From: Mobula hypostoma
Taxonomy: Eukaryota
Direction of reading: 5' to 3'
Assembly (NCBI RefSeq): GCF_963921235.1
Contig: NC_086097.1
Location: 84,136,001 to 84,200,000 of the forward strand
DNA length: 64,000 nucleotides
Below the pieces are notes generated by a model. That model made no database searches. It was not told where the DNA came from and saw only the letters and a program-made list of their open reading frames with translations. This document shows, piece after piece, positions 11,850 through 24,853 of this stretch. Position numbers and translations under genes: made by a program. Each line of letters opens with the position of its first letter. The stretch's first letter is position 1.

Positions 11850-12350
11850 TAAAGTTTAAAGTTAATTATTATGGAAGCACATATACAGTATGTTGCCATC
11901 TATCACTCAGATTAATTTTCTTGCAGGCAATCACAATAGAACAAAGAAATACAAGAGAGTAATGAAAAACTACATACAAAGTCTGAAAAGGAAAGCAATG
12001 TGCAAAAGCAGAAAACTGCAAATACAAAAAAAAGTAAATAAATATTCTGAGATCATGAGTTGTAGAGTACATAGTTTGTGTTCAGTGATCACTTCAGTGT
12101 TGAGGTGAGTGAAATTGTCCATGCTGGTTCAAGAGCCTGATGATTGAAGGGTAATAACTATTCCTGAACCTGGTGGTGTGGGACCTGAGACTCCTGTAAT
12201 TCTTTTAGTAGCAAGAAGACAGCAAGGCCTGGTTTGTGCTGTTTTTCATGATGGTTGCTGCTTTCTTGTGGCAACACTCCTTGTAGATGAGCTCAATGAT
12301 GGTGAGGACTTTCCCTGTGATGGACGGGGCTGAATCCACTCATTTCTGTT
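11850..12350 (-). mobile_element. Rex1/L2-like LINE 3' fragment (related pieces at 36490-36940 and 40640-41160)
   Basis: Recurrent CCTGAACCTGGTGGTGTGGG...CTCCTGTA...GATGG..GCTGCTTTC block with an (AAAGTT)-type tail. The family assignment is tentative. Confidence 0.55.
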
Positions 12351-14076
12351 GTAGATTCAAGATTCAATCCGATTCAAGGTTTCCATACTTGCAGATCTCG
12401 GTCATTTCACATTGGTAACAACATCTCCTCCGCAATCAACATCAGCAGAAGTGCACGCTTACTCCCTGCGCTACTTGCGTCATAATACTCAGTTTGGTCA
12501 TTTGCAGTAGCTATTTAATTATCGGTATATCCTTAGGATGTGGGAGGAAGCAGAGCACCTGGAGGAAACCCAGATCACGGTCGAGATGTGCAACTCCACA
12601 CACACAGCACAGTTCAGGACTGCAGCTGGATCAGTGGAGCTTTGAGACAGCAGAACTAACTGGGCTGCTGCCCTACCGTGCCACCTCTTGTTTCTAGAAA
12701 ATAAAAACTTGAAAACCAACTAGCAAAATGCTAACCATGAGAAAGCCTGTAGATGCTGAAAATCCAAAGTAATGCCACACAGAATGTCGGAGGAACTCAG
12801 CAGGCCAGGCAGCATCTATGGAAATAAATAAACAGTCAACTTTTGGACCGCAACCCTTCTTTGGAAAATTCCAGCTGACTAGACGGAAATGTCAAGTAGT
12901 GGTTGGAACAAGCACAAAGCACTTCTCCAGTAAGAGGTGCCAATTAACTTTAATTAGTACTGGCCAGTGTTAAGTGGAGTGAAACACTTACTGTACAGGA
13001 CTGTGTTTGCAGTACAGCCTGTGTCGCTTTGTGATGAATTTCGGGCAAGAAAAACTATTTACCAATATTGTTTTAATTCCAAATCTATTCTACATGGATT
13101 AGTACTAATTTGTCCTTTTAAAGGTGCTTTTGTTTATTTCTTAGCCTACATTCCACCTTCAGCCACTGCCTGTTATTTTGCCTGGAGGTTTGTCACGTCA
13201 ATAGATTCCTGTTATGTAAGTTCAGTTCAGATTTCGGGACGGGAATTGTTCAAGTGTACAGGAATGAGTAAATTAGGAGTGGGAGTGGGCCATTCTGCCT
13301 TTTCAGCCTGCTCCACCTTTCGAAAACCGAACTGGATGTAATCTTATCTCCACATTTTACCTGTGGTAACCCTTTCAATACCTTGCCTGTTAAGAATCTA
13401 TGTACTGTATTTCTGACTTAGAAGAATTCAAAGCGTCTGTGGAATTAACCAGCAACCACCAGCTCTGATAGTGCACCAATTTTGTGCTGTCTACCACCGG
13501 CAGTAGCTATCAGTGACACAGCACGGTGAGAGTCCAGCTCCACTTAACACCAGTCTACCAGCACCTCCCAACGCAGAAGAACATTTTGTCCAGAGCAACT
13601 ACAGCAGCAATTAATCTCATGATTGAAACAATGCAGAAGGAGGCTATTGGGCCCATTAAATCAGTGTTGCCTCACTGTAGAACCATCTCACCAGTCCCAT
13701 TCTACTCTTTCCATTGCCGTGTCGACCATTTTCTTTCAAGTGCCATCCAGATCCATTTGACAGTAAAATACTGCAGTCATTGCAAACCTGATATAAAAGA
13801 GTATATCAGAGTTACAGAGCAGCTCAAGCACCCTCTGTAAAGACAAGAGTTACAAGACATTTTACTCACACCTTGTATCCATCGTGCACTAAACTGGTGT
13901 CTGCTTACTCTCAACGAAGAACATGGAATGCAGTACGGTGCTGCGCACCAAGGGAGTATCAGTGCATTAGGTTGTGCAGACCTACTGTATATAATCCACA
14001 ATTGATCAAACCCTTCCCTCCTGTACAGCCCATAACCATCCATTTTTCTTATACCTTTGGGTCAAACTAAAAACTA

Positions 14077-14703
14077 CACTCAGTTGCCACTTTATTAGGC
14101 ATGTCCTGTGTCTAATAAAGAGGCCACTTAGTGTACGTTCATGGTCTTCTGCTGTTGTAGCCTGCCCGCTTCAAGGTTCACCATGTTGTTGTGCATTCAG
14201 TGATGCTCTTCAACACGCCTCTGTTGTAACACATGGTTATTTGAGTTACTGTCACTTTCCTGTCAGTTTGAACCAGTCTGGCCATTCTCCTCTGACCACT
14301 CTCATTAGTAAGGTGTTTTCACCCACAGAACTGTCGCTCACTGGATGTTTTGTTTGCACCATTCCCTGTAAATACTAGAGACCATTATGTGTGAAAATCC
14401 CAGAAGATCAGCAGTTTCTGAGTTATTCAAACCACCCCGTCTGACAACAACCATTCCGCGGTCCAAGTCACTTTCTTCCCCATTCTGACGTTTGGTCTGA
14501 GCAACAACTGAACCTCATGATCATGTCTGCATGCTTTTATGCACTGAGTTGCTGCCACATGATTGGCTGCGTCCCGACGAAGGGTCTCAGCCTAGAGTTG
14601 CTGCCTGGCCTGTTGCGTTCACCAGCAACTTTTATGTGTGTGGCTGATTAGATGTTTGCATTTACAAGAGGTGTACAGCTGTACCTAATAAAGTGGCCAC
14701 TGA
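14077..14703. mobile_element. Tc1/mariner-derived non-autonomous element
   Basis: Termini TA|CACTCAGTTGCCACTTTTATTAGG and CCTAATAAAGTGGCCACTGA are inverted repeats. Homologous to 16300-16790 and 27491-30070. Confidence 0.8.
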
Positions 14704-14973
14704 CCTATCTGCTAATGGCGATGGGTATAGCTTCTCTCTACTTACCTTATCCAAGATAAATTAATCTTGTCTAAATTATTCTCAACTTTTTTTGTTCTCA
14801 GGAGAACAATCCTGTCCTTTCCTATCCTGTTTGAGCCTATGGCTGAATATCCTCATATTGGAAGTCACTGCAGCACAAAAGATTGTCACAATTTTGCAAC
14901 TTAAGAGATAGTGGATTTTGACATTTTCCAAAACTCCTACTTGGAGTGAAAATAATAGGTGCATTTATAATAG

Positions 14974-15158
14974 CAACACACACAAAATGCTGGTGGAACG
15001 CAGCAAGCCAGGCATTGTGCTCCTCGGTTCCTGACGAAGGGTCTCAGCCCAAAACGTCGACTGTACTTCTTCCTATAGATGGCGCCTGGCCTGCTGCGTT
15101 CCACCAGCATTTTGTGTGTGTTGCTTGAACTTCCATCATCTGCAGATTTCCTCGTGTT
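14974..15158. mobile_element. Miniature inverted PLE pLTR insertion
   Basis: 14-bp TSD TGCATTTATAATAG at 14960-14973 and 15159-15172. Inverted arms of ~42 bp flank a hammerhead motif in which GAAA has become AAAA. Confidence 0.88.
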
Positions 15159-15199
15159 TGCATTTATAATAGGCGTTTTTCCAGCAGTTTAGCAACACT

Positions 15200-16240
15200 A
15201 TGATCCCCAGGTTCCTATCAAATCTCTCCTCTTTCATCTTAAACCTATGCTTTTCAATTCCTGATTCCCAATCCTGGGAAAAAGACAATGCATTCACTCT
15301 ATCTGTGCTCCTCATGGTTTTATACATCTCCATAAGATCATCCCTCAGCCTCATATGTTTCAAGGAATAAAGTGCTAGCATACTCAACCTCTACACATAA
15401 CCAAGTTCTTTGAATCCTGACAAGTTCTCGTGATTCCCTTCTGCACTTACCTATAACAGAGTGATTAAAACCGAACACAGTATTCCAAATGCTGCCTCAC
15501 TGATGCCTTATATAACTAGTACAGCATTTCAACTTGAATACTCTATGCTCTGACTAATGAAAGCTAGCATGCTCAAAGCCTTCTTCACCATCATGTCTAC
15601 CTGTGACTCCACTTTTATGGAACCATGTACTTGTGCTCCTCGGTCCCTCTGTTCCACAACACTCCCAACATCCTACTGTTCATTGTGAAAGTCCGACCCT
15701 CATTTGTCTTCCCAAAATGCAACACCTCCCACTTATCCAAACTAAACTCCCTTCACCATTCGTTGGCCCACTTTCCCATCTGATAAAGATCCCCCTGTAA
15801 ATCCTAATAGCCACATTTACTCTCAACAACGCTTACTGAATTTGTCATTTGTATCAGTGATTTAGATAAATTCTCATCCAAATCATTGATACACAGAAGA
15901 TGACAAATAGCCATGACAAATAGTCAAGCATTGAGGAACACCACTCATCATGGGTCTTCAGTCTGAAAAACAACCTTGCACCATCACACGCTATTTCCCA
16001 CCACCAGACCAATTCTGTGTTCTACTATCTCTCCCCAGATCCCATGGGATCTAATTTTCCAAAAGCAGCCTACCGTGTGGAACCTTATCAAAATCCATAT
16101 AGATCATATCTGCCACACTACTTGCATCAACCTTCTTGATTCTTTCAAAAACTCAGTCAAATTCATGAGACATGATCTCCCATATTCAGAGACGTGCTAC
16201 CTCTCCTAATCAACCCATGTCTTTGCAAGTGCTTGTACCA
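15200..16240 (-). mobile_element. CR1 LINE RT fragment, heavily decayed
   Basis: ORF 15136-15387 reads LALYSLKHMRLRDDLMEMYK; further RT-like pieces continue to 16.2 kb. Confidence 0.75.
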
Positions 16241-16299
16241 CACCATTTTGCCACTCCTGCTATTTAAAGTGAACTCACGATTTTAATCTCTCTTGTGCT

Positions 16300-16790
16300 A
16301 CTTACACAGTGTATGTTTGCGGTCTTCTGCTGCTGTAGTCCCTCCACTTCAAGATTTGATGTGTTGTGCATTCAGAGATTTTCTTCCACCTACCACGGTT
16401 GTAATGTGTGGTTATTTGAGTTACTGTCAGCTTCCCGTCAGCTCAAACCAGTTTGGCCATTCTCCTCATACCTCTCATTAACAAAGTGTGTTTGCTCACA
16501 GTACTGCCACTCACTGGACATTTTTTGTTTCTCACACCATTCTCTGTAAACTCTAGAGACTGTTGTGCGTGAAAATCCCAGAAGATCAGCACTTTCTGAG
16601 ATACTCCACCCCATCTGGCACAAGCAATCATTCCATGGTCAAAGTCACTTTCTTCTGATGTTTGGATTGAAAAACAATTGAACTTCTTGATCAGGTCTGC
16701 ATGATTTTGTGCATTGAGTTGCTGCCACATGATTGGTTGATCAGACATTTGCATTAATAAGCAGGTGTAAAAATGGGCCACTAAGTGTAT
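16300..16790. mobile_element. Tc1-derived element, partial copy
   Basis: Collinear with 14130-14700. The minus frame reads SISESADLLGFSRTTVSRVYREW, a Tc1-type helix-turn-helix remnant. Confidence 0.8.
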
Positions 16791-17419
16791 TTTTCATATA
16801 TTTCTTATTGTAACTTATAGTATTTTTTTAATCAATTTCACCGTTGCTGCTGCAAAACAACAAATCTTACAACATACAGTTTGTCAGAGATATTAAACCT
16901 ATTTCCGATTCTGATTCCGTATCCCGCAGAAACCCTCTGATATTCCTCAGAATCCTTTGAAGGATACTTAGTTATTATCAGCTAAAACTGATAGATTCAA
17001 GTAGATCGAAAAATGAGTGCAAGAACAAAAAGATGCTGAGGAACTTGCAAAGTTAACTTCCTTTCACAATTAGCAGCTCAAAATGTATGCAATTTGATTC
17101 AAATTCAAGGGTCAGGATTGCTTAATGTCATTCCCAGTATACACGTTGAAGGAGAATTAAAGCATTTTTACCCTGGATCTGATGCATCACAAATATGGAA
17201 TGAGCTGCCAGCACAAGCATTGCATGCGAGCTTGATTTCACCGTTTAAGAGAAGTTTGGATAGGTACGTGGATATTTGGGATATGGAGGGCTATGGTCCC
17301 AATGGAAGTCGATGGTAGTAGGCAGCTTAAATGGTTTTGGCAAGCATTAGATGGGCTGAAGGGCCTCTTTCCGTGCTGTACTTTTCTATGACTCTGCGAA
17401 GTCAAAGTTTAAAACTGAT

Positions 17420-17945
17420 AATATATGATTCAGCGGGGATTGACACATTATGATCTCATTAATGTGGTCATACCTTTCTTATTCCTTGGATCTACCCATA
17501 AAGCCTCATCAGCTGAGCTCTCCAATCTGTCCTGTCTGTGCGTTGCTGTGACATATTCTCTGACTAGTAATGCCACGCCTCTCCCTTAATCCCTCCTGCT
17601 CTATCACGTCTAAAGCAACGGAACCCCAGAACACTGAGCGGCCAGCCCTGCTCCTCCTGCAACCAAGTCTCACTAATGGCTACAGCAGCATAATTCCACA
17701 TGCTGATCCACGCTCTGAGCGCTCCTGCCTTTCCTACTGCTTGGATTGAAATATATGCAGCTCCGAACATTAGTCCCACTATTCTCAACCTTCTGATTCC
17801 TGACTTTGTGTATAAGCTTAGCAGCACCTTTCTCCACAAACACTCCACATAACACTGTCTTGGCACTCAGGTTCCCAGCCCCCCCACAGTACTGGTCCCT
17901 CTCCAGTTCAGGGGCAGACTGTTCCTTCTGACAAGTGGCCTTGAA
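17420..17945 (-). mobile_element. CR1 fragment spanning ORF1 end and ORF2 endonuclease start
   Basis: ORF 17564-17866 reads LRAWISMWNYAAVAISETWLQ...GFRCFRRDR (APE endonuclease). Confidence 0.8.
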
Positions 17946-17953
17946 CTTGAACA

Positions 17954-18409
17954 TAGGGTTGTCAACTGTCCTGTATTTGCCGGGGCATCCCATATATTGG
18001 GCTAAATTGGTTTGTCCCATACGGGACCGCCCTTGTCCTGTATTTCCCCGCTAAGGTACAGCGTTCCTATGAAGCCGTTCGTGCCGAAATGACATAAAGC
18101 GAAGAAGCAATTAACATTAATTTATATGGGAAAAATTTTTGCGCGTTCTCAGACCCAAAATATAACCTACCAAGTCATACCAACTAACACATAAAACCTA
18201 AAATAACACTAACATATAGTAAAAGCAGAATCGGGAAGACTAATCCAAAACCGATTTGTAGAAAATAATCGGTACATACACGCGTGCGCACACAGGTGCC
18301 CGCGCAAGGCTTCATGTTCCTGGTAGACTTTCCTGGGGCAAACACAAGTGTCCCGTATTTGACTGCTACTTTTGTCCCTTATCTGGGAGTAAGAAAGTTG
18401 GCAACCCTA
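17954..18409. mobile_element. hAT-like non-autonomous element (MITE)
   Basis: TIRs TAGGGTTGTCAAC and GTTGGCAACCCTA. Flanks CTTGAAC and CTTGAGC resemble a degenerate TSD. Confidence 0.7.
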
Positions 18410-18770
18410 CCTTGAGCTCTTCCACCTTCTCTCCCGAGGCCAACTCATCATCGTTGGTGATGAGCCCCACCACTGTTGTGTCATCAGCAAACCTGGACGC
18501 TTGGCTGTGCGGTTGTGTGTGAGCAGAGTGTGCAGCAGTGGGCTCAGCACAGAGCCCTGCGGGGGTGAGGGGGTGGTCTTGTGTCGAGGATGATGGCGAG
18601 GGAGGATCAGCTGTGCATCCTGACCATCTGAGGTCTACTGGTTAGGAAGTCCAACACCCAGTTACACAGTGGTGTATTTAGACTGAGGAGCAGGAGTTTG
18701 TTCGCCAAGGTCTGTGGGACGGTAGTGTTGAATGCCGAAATGAAATGCAGAAGCAGCATTCTGACATAAC
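18410..18770 (-). mobile_element. Rex1/Babar-like RT fragment
   Basis: Minus strand reads [19 protein letters not shown] and FADDTTVVGLITNDDE. Confidence 0.8.
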
Positions 18771-19197
18771 AGGAAGGATGTTTAGGTGTGGCATCTGCCC
18801 AGCTGAGACCCTGGAATGAATGAACTGAAGCTGTCCAGCTGGAGCAAGGCTCAGGCTACACAGGGCAGCCAATGGATATGGACTTCAAAATGGCTGGCAC
18901 AGGGAAACTAGTAGAAGGAACAGCAGCAAGGAAGACATGAGACATGAAGAAAGTGTTCATGTATGGGAGAAGGTAATGGGCATCTTTTGTCTATGTTGCA
19001 GACTGCCACAGACTGCAGGATGTCATCAACCATCTCACATTGTTTTCTAGCACCTGGTTACCCGTCTTGACCTTGATGGGTCAGAACTGGTCAGCTACTA
19101 ATCAAGGGAAAACTCCAGGGGCTAAGGCTCAGGGCAGAAATTTTCAAAGTGAACTATCTCTCAAGTTCTTATTTTATGACTTCTTCCCTTCCTTTCC

Positions 19198-19233
19198 AGT
19201 CCTGAAGAAGGGTCTCAGCCTGAAACGTTGACT
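19198..19233 (+). ncRNA. Minimal hammerhead ribozyme motif in a short PLE pLTR piece (19180-19297)
   Basis: AGTC CTGAAGA AGG GTCTCAG CCT GAAA CGTT GACT. The core is intact with a GUU triplet. Confidence 0.7.
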
Positions 19234-19353
19234 GTTTGTTCAGTTCCATAGATGCTGCCTGGCCTGGAGTAGCTCCAGCAATTTGTGTGTGTTGCTTTAC
19301 TTTATGACCTTTTCTAAAGGAGAATAGGTTCAGCAACGACTTCTTCCACTGCT

Positions 19354-19742
19354 TGTTGTTGCTGGAGAGAGAGTTAGTGGTAGATATAAAGCAGCTTCTT
19401 TATTCGACAAAGCAAGGTACAGCAGGCATCATACGGGGACGCTTTCGGTGGAAAGGTCTGCTGGCCCAACATGGGGCTCGATATTTGATTGCTAAACACA
19501 AAGGGCAATTCCATATTTACAAAGTATAGATCATGCTTTCTTTGAAACTACATGCAAACTTCACACCTTCTGGTTCACATCCATCCCACAGATGCCAGCA
19601 TCGTCTGTGGACTGGGATACACAGCTTTTAGGAAATGCATTGTTCCAAATTAAATCCATAATACATTGCCAAGGAACAGAAGACTAGCAGCCAAAGCCAC
19701 TTCCTAAATGTAAATGACTTAAACCCAAAAATCACTCTAACA
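19354..19742 (-). mobile_element. Solo LTR
   Basis: TGTT...AACA termini; 5-bp TSD CTGCT at 19349-19353 and 19743-19747; AATAAA on the minus strand near 19400. Confidence 0.75.
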
Positions 19743-21929
19743 CTGCTCATTCATTTCCCATCGCTATCATCAAGGAGGAGGTAAGGGAGCCTGAAGACAG
19801 TCTATGTTTCAGAAACAGCCTCTTGGAGGCACAAGCCGATTTCACTTGCTCTCCGCAATGGTCTTTCCTTTCTCCATGGCACTGAGGCTATGAAGACTGT
19901 CCGACGGTGTGCTCCATGCCTGCTAATATGATGAACTGATAAGCGAGGGTTTGGGCCTGCTCTGGGCTGCTCCAGGGTTCAGATCAGAGGACTCAAGTTG
20001 GTTCGGTATGTTGCTGCTCGCTTCAATTGCTTGTGTGATTTCTGTCCTTTTCCCCTTTCTCTTGCACATTGGGTGTTGTTCTTTTATTTTTTTTAGGTTT
20101 CTTGCTTTGCGACTACCTGTAAGCAAACAAATCTCAAGGCTGTATATCTTGAATCTTTGAATCTTACTCTCCACCATCAGATTTCTGAATGGAAAATGAT
20201 CCCATGAACACTAACTCATTATTTTTTCTCTCATTTTGCACTATTTGTTTAATTTATTATATATATTTGTTGTTGTAATTTATAGTTTTTAAAATTTGTA
20301 TTGCAGTGTACTGCTGCCCAAAACAACAAACTTCACGTGACATATGCCAAGGATATTAAACTTGATTCTGATTCTGATTCTGATTCACTGACTTTATACC
20401 CAAGCATTACTGATGATATGCTGCCCTCTGCTGGAATAATTTCATCTGTCATGCCGTGAATAAACTGGGCAAATGTCAGCTCAATTTTGCTGTCACTCCT
20501 TCCTTGAGAAGTTAAACTTACCATTGAGCTGATGAGCAATCAGGCCAATTCAGAGATGAAAGAAGAAAATAAGAAAGAAAGTGATAGAAAAATCTGATTT
20601 TAATCTTTGAATTTTGAATTGTGCTTTAAATCAATTTTCATCTGTTATAAATCCTTTGAATCTATTAAAAGCAGAAGGATTTATAACAGATGAAATTTTC
20701 TTCATAAAAGGTGGAACTTTTCCATATCTTCCTCTTTGCGATGACTGCAATTTTATACAAAGTCTGAGAGTAGGGACTTGCTCTCCTTTAGACAGAGCTT
20801 GTAACACTGGAGTGTTGCAATGACCCCTTTGATTTAATTCACACAGTATTAGAGTTGGGGCAGGTGCAACTGCATGTCATGCTGGTTTTGTGATGGGTTA
20901 ATGAGATGATAGTGACTTCTGAAGTTGTTTTACATTTCTTCCATTTTTATATCCATTCAAACCATGTCTAAACATAACCCTATGGTGTTCCTTCTGCAGT
21001 GCCCCTCTGGTGATTTGCATTGTGCCCAATACAGTGCTCACACTTTGTCCTGCACTCAGAATACCCTGTTCTACTCTGCAGAAATTGAACCCATGTGCGT
21101 CTTAGCCCTAAACCTTCACCGAGTCCTTCACCAAACCTACTGTCCATGTATTTACTGATTTATGTAGGCCCCAAGTCTAGGAATGGCTTGGTTCTTGTTT
21201 TTGGATAATTTCCATTGCCTCAGCCCTTGGCTTTGCACATCTGTCCAGTCCAACATATCCAGCATGGCATGCTTGCACGACAGTTAATCACTTACCTTCC
21301 CTCACGAAGTACATGAAGATTTTTTTTTTGCATATTTTCCTTATTTTGCTTTATATTTTTGTTTGCAGTAACTAGCAATGGGTATTTTCAATTTATTGTT
21401 ATACTTAATTTTTAACATAACTTAGCTTAATTCCCTTCAAATGTTTTTAAATATCTCTGAATATCAGAATCATTAGTTAATGCAGTGAACTGTCATGGTG
21501 TGTCTAGGAGGGGGAAGGAGCCTTCAATTCCATTACATCCATTAGCCTTCCAGTCTGTGTTGATGAAGATTCCACTCTAACTAGCTCCCATCTACCTGCC
21601 TGTTTCCTCCATTCCACACATTTTTCTGTGTTTGTCAAAATGCATCTTAAATATTGATGTTCTATCAGCCTCTACTGTATCACATTCATTGGTAGCACAT
21701 TCCAGGCACCTATCACAAAAAAACTCACTTGCTTCACACATCTCGGTTAAACATTCCCCTTCTTAAAGCAATGCCCTCTAATATTTGCTATTTCTACCCT
21801 TTCTAAAGTATTGTGCATCAACTTAGGTACAGTACTTATATATAGCTAGGCTGCCTAGACTTTTGCATAGTACTGTAGTAATTTTATGCATTGTTCTGTA
21901 CTGCTACCACAAAAAAAAACAGATTTCAT

Positions 21930-22585
21930 GACAACAGAAATTCTGCAGATGCTGGAAATTCAAGCAACACACATCAAAGTTGCTGGTGAACGCAGCAGGC
22001 CAGGCAGCATCTGTAGGAAGAGGTGCAGTCGACGTTTCAGGCCAAGACCTTTCGTCAGGACTAACTGAAGGAAGAGTGAGTAAGGGATTTGAAAGTTGGA
22101 GGGGGAGGGGGAGATCCAAAGTGATAGGAGAAGACAGGAGGAGGAGGGATAGAGCCAAGAGCTGGACAGGTGATAGACAAAAGGGGATACGAGAGGATCA
22201 TGGGACAGGAGGTCCGGGAAGAAAGACAAGGGGGGGGGGAACCCAGAGGATGGGCAAGAGGTATATTCAGAGGGACAGAGGGAGAAAAAGGAGAGTGAGA
22301 GAAAGAATGTGTGCATAAAAATGAGTAACAGATGGGGTACGAGGGGGAGGTGGGGCCTTAGCGGAAGTTAGAGAAGTCGATGTTCATGCCATCAGGTTGG
22401 AGGCTACCCAGACGGAATATAAGGTGTTGTTCCTCCAACCTGAGTGTGGCTTCATCTTTACAGTAGAGGAGGCCGTGGATGGACATGTCAGAATGGGAAT
22501 GGAATGTGGAATTAAAATGTGTGGCCACTGGGAGATCCTGCTTTCTCTGGCGGACAGAGCGTAGATGTTCAGCAAAGCAGTCTCC
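21930..22585 (-). mobile_element. Penelope-like 3' fragment with hammerhead motif (22027-22062)
   Basis: Closely matches 7902-8550. Single arm; no TSD seen. Confidence 0.88.
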
Positions 22586-23754
22586 ACCTGATTCTGATCT
22601 GGGTCTCTACTGCGGACTGAGAGTGGGAAGGGGGCAGGGAGAGGGGAATCATGGTTGGGGAGAGGGGAGGGAGTGGGAAGCACCAGAGAGACATTCTGTA
22701 ATGATCAATAAATGGTTGTTTGGAATCAAATGACCTTACCTGGTGACTCAGGGCTGGATGTGTCGGCACCTGCATCACCCGTTCACCCTGCCCCTGGCAA
22801 TCCTTCTCTACCACCTGTCCCACACCTCTCCCATGGCTCTCCACCCTTGCCATTCCCAACATCCTTTGCTCCCACCAGATTTACCATCTTGTTCTCCACA
22901 AATACAGTGTGCAAAAGTCTGAGACACCACAGCTAAGACTAAGATTGTGCTTATGCCTTTCATAATTTTATAAACTTCTATTAGTTTGCCGCTCAGCTTC
23001 TAAAGCTCCAGTGTAAGTATACTTGTTTGTCCAGCCTCTTCTTATGTTGATACTTTCAGCCAACATCCTGGAGAACTGCTTCTGCATCCTCTCCAAAGCC
23101 TCCACATCCTTCCTGTAGGGTGTTGACCATAGTTGCACACAATGCTCCAAATGTGGTCTAACTGAAGTTTTATAGAGCTACAAGGTGACTCTGTGACCCT
23201 GACTCTCTCACTCCGCCCTTGGGCCATATCCGCACCGGGTGACATTATCATGTTGAGTACGTGGCAACAGTTCCATGCAAAGTACTTTGAAGCACATTAC
23301 GATGATTTACCTAGTTAAGGGTGATATATAAATGAAAAGTAGTTTTGTTTCCACTGGCCCTGGTGCACAGCACCCTCCATTGTTTCTTCCTTTCCTTTCG
23401 GCAGCACCCTTCCCTTGTTCTCTCAGTTCCTTTCACAGTGAGCACTGGTTGTTGAGGTTATTGGACAGGAGAGGGAACTCTAACAGAGGGAAAAGGCTGT
23501 TTGGAAATATTTTGCTTTAAAAGCACCAGAAAGTGGTAAAACTCATCCAAGGTTTCATTCACCACCAGAGAATCACAAGATGGCAGCCCACCAGCTGTTG
23601 CTCGTTTAGCTTGCTGTATTTTTATTTTAACTACTGCTTTTATTTTTATTTGAACCACCTTATCGCGGCAATTGAATTAGAATCAGAATCTGGTTTATTA
23701 TCACCTTCATATGTTGTGAAATTTGTTGTTTTGCGGCAGGAGTACAGTGCTGTG

Positions 23755-23994
23755 ATTGGAAACGCACAGCTTCAGAGGACAGGGCACGTCATACACTTGA
23801 AGGATTCCCGATTCCCCAAGCAGGTGGGCAAGAGGAACCGAGGCAGGCCCCGTAAGAGATTCAAAGGCTCCATGAAAGCTAACACTGCACATGCTGGACT
23901 TGTACTAACACAGAGTGTGAAGACCGGAGTGGCTGGTGAGTCTTGGTTAGAATCACTCACAACAGCCTGGAGGCAAGGCACCAAGCAGTACTAA
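23755..23994 (+). mobile_element. RTE-clade LINE 3' fragment
   Basis: Reads AQLQRTGHVIHLKDSRFPKQ..GKRNRGRPRKRFK, an RTE/BovB-type C-terminus. Confidence 0.7.
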
Positions 23995-24275
23995 TCGCTG
24001 CCTGATACAAGAAGGGAAGCAATAGCAGCGGCTTCACTTCCAGGTGTAGCACGGCCTTCATTGTTCTTACTGTGGACATCTACGTCACTCACAACTTGGA
24101 CTCTTCCGCCACCTACAAACACACAACAGAACTGCACAAATGTAACCGTCATCGTCAAATATGACAGACAACTAACCACAGTGCAATACATAAAATATTT
24201 TAAATATACTATAAATTACAATAAGAAATATATAAAAAATTAAAATGGAGTGCAAAAAAAAGAGCAAAAAACAGT

Positions 24276-24437
24276 AAACAAGAGAAAATCTGCAGATGCT
24301 GGAAATCTGAGCAACACACATAAAATGCTGGAGGATCTCAGCAGGCCAGGCAGCATCTATGGAAACAAAAATACAGTTGACGTTTTCCCATGGATACTGC
24401 CTGGCCTTCTGAGTTCTTCCAGCATTTTGTGTGTGTA
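24276..24437. mobile_element. Miniature inverted PLE pLTR insertion
   Basis: Arms CACACATAAAATGCTGGAGG and CTTCCAGCATTTTGTGTGTG are inverted. Imperfect TSD AGCAAAAAACAGT / AGCAAAAAATGGT. Confidence 0.75.
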
Positions 24438-24486
24438 GCAAAAAATGGTGACGTAGTGTTCATGAGTTCACAAATTATTCAGAAAT

Positions 24487-24760
24487 GGCACCACGGTGGC
24501 ATAGTGGTTAGTGTGATGTTATTACAGCTCAGGGTGTTGGAGTTCAGAGTCCAGTTCCATATTTAAGAAGTTTGTATGCCCTTCCAATGAGCATGTGGGT
24601 TTCCTCCAATTGTCCCTGTTTCTCCCCACATTCCAATGATGTACTTGTTAGTAGGTTAATTGGTCATTGTAAATTGTCCTGCGATTAGGAGGTTTGCTGG
24701 CCAGTGTGGCCCATTGGGCAGAAGGCCTTATCTGCACTGTATCTCTAAATAAAAAAAATA
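24487..24760 (+). mobile_element. tRNA-derived V-SINE-like SINE
   Basis: GGCACCACGGTGGCATAGTGGTTAG A-box-like head, GTGGGTTTCCTCC core, GGTTAATTGGTCATTGTAAATTGTCC and an A-rich tail. Confidence 0.7.
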
Positions 24761-24853
24761 AAATGAAAATATCTGATAGGGGAGAAGAAGCTGTTCCTGA
24801 AATGTTGAGTATGTGTCTTCAGGCTCCTGTACCTCCTCACCAATGGTAGCAAT

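Noticed and set aside
20515..20585. Possible minus-strand microexon (pyrimidine tract, CAG, 7 nt, GTAAGT)
   Set aside because: No partner exons or recognisable peptide; such motifs arise by chance in 64 kb.
20925..21158. ORF with an acceptor-like CTTCTGCAG as a host exon
   Set aside because: The peptide is unrecognisable and there is no strong donor before the stop.
24487..24560. tRNA gene
   Set aside because: It is only a decayed A-box-like SINE head with no cloverleaf, and it runs straight into SINE body sequence.
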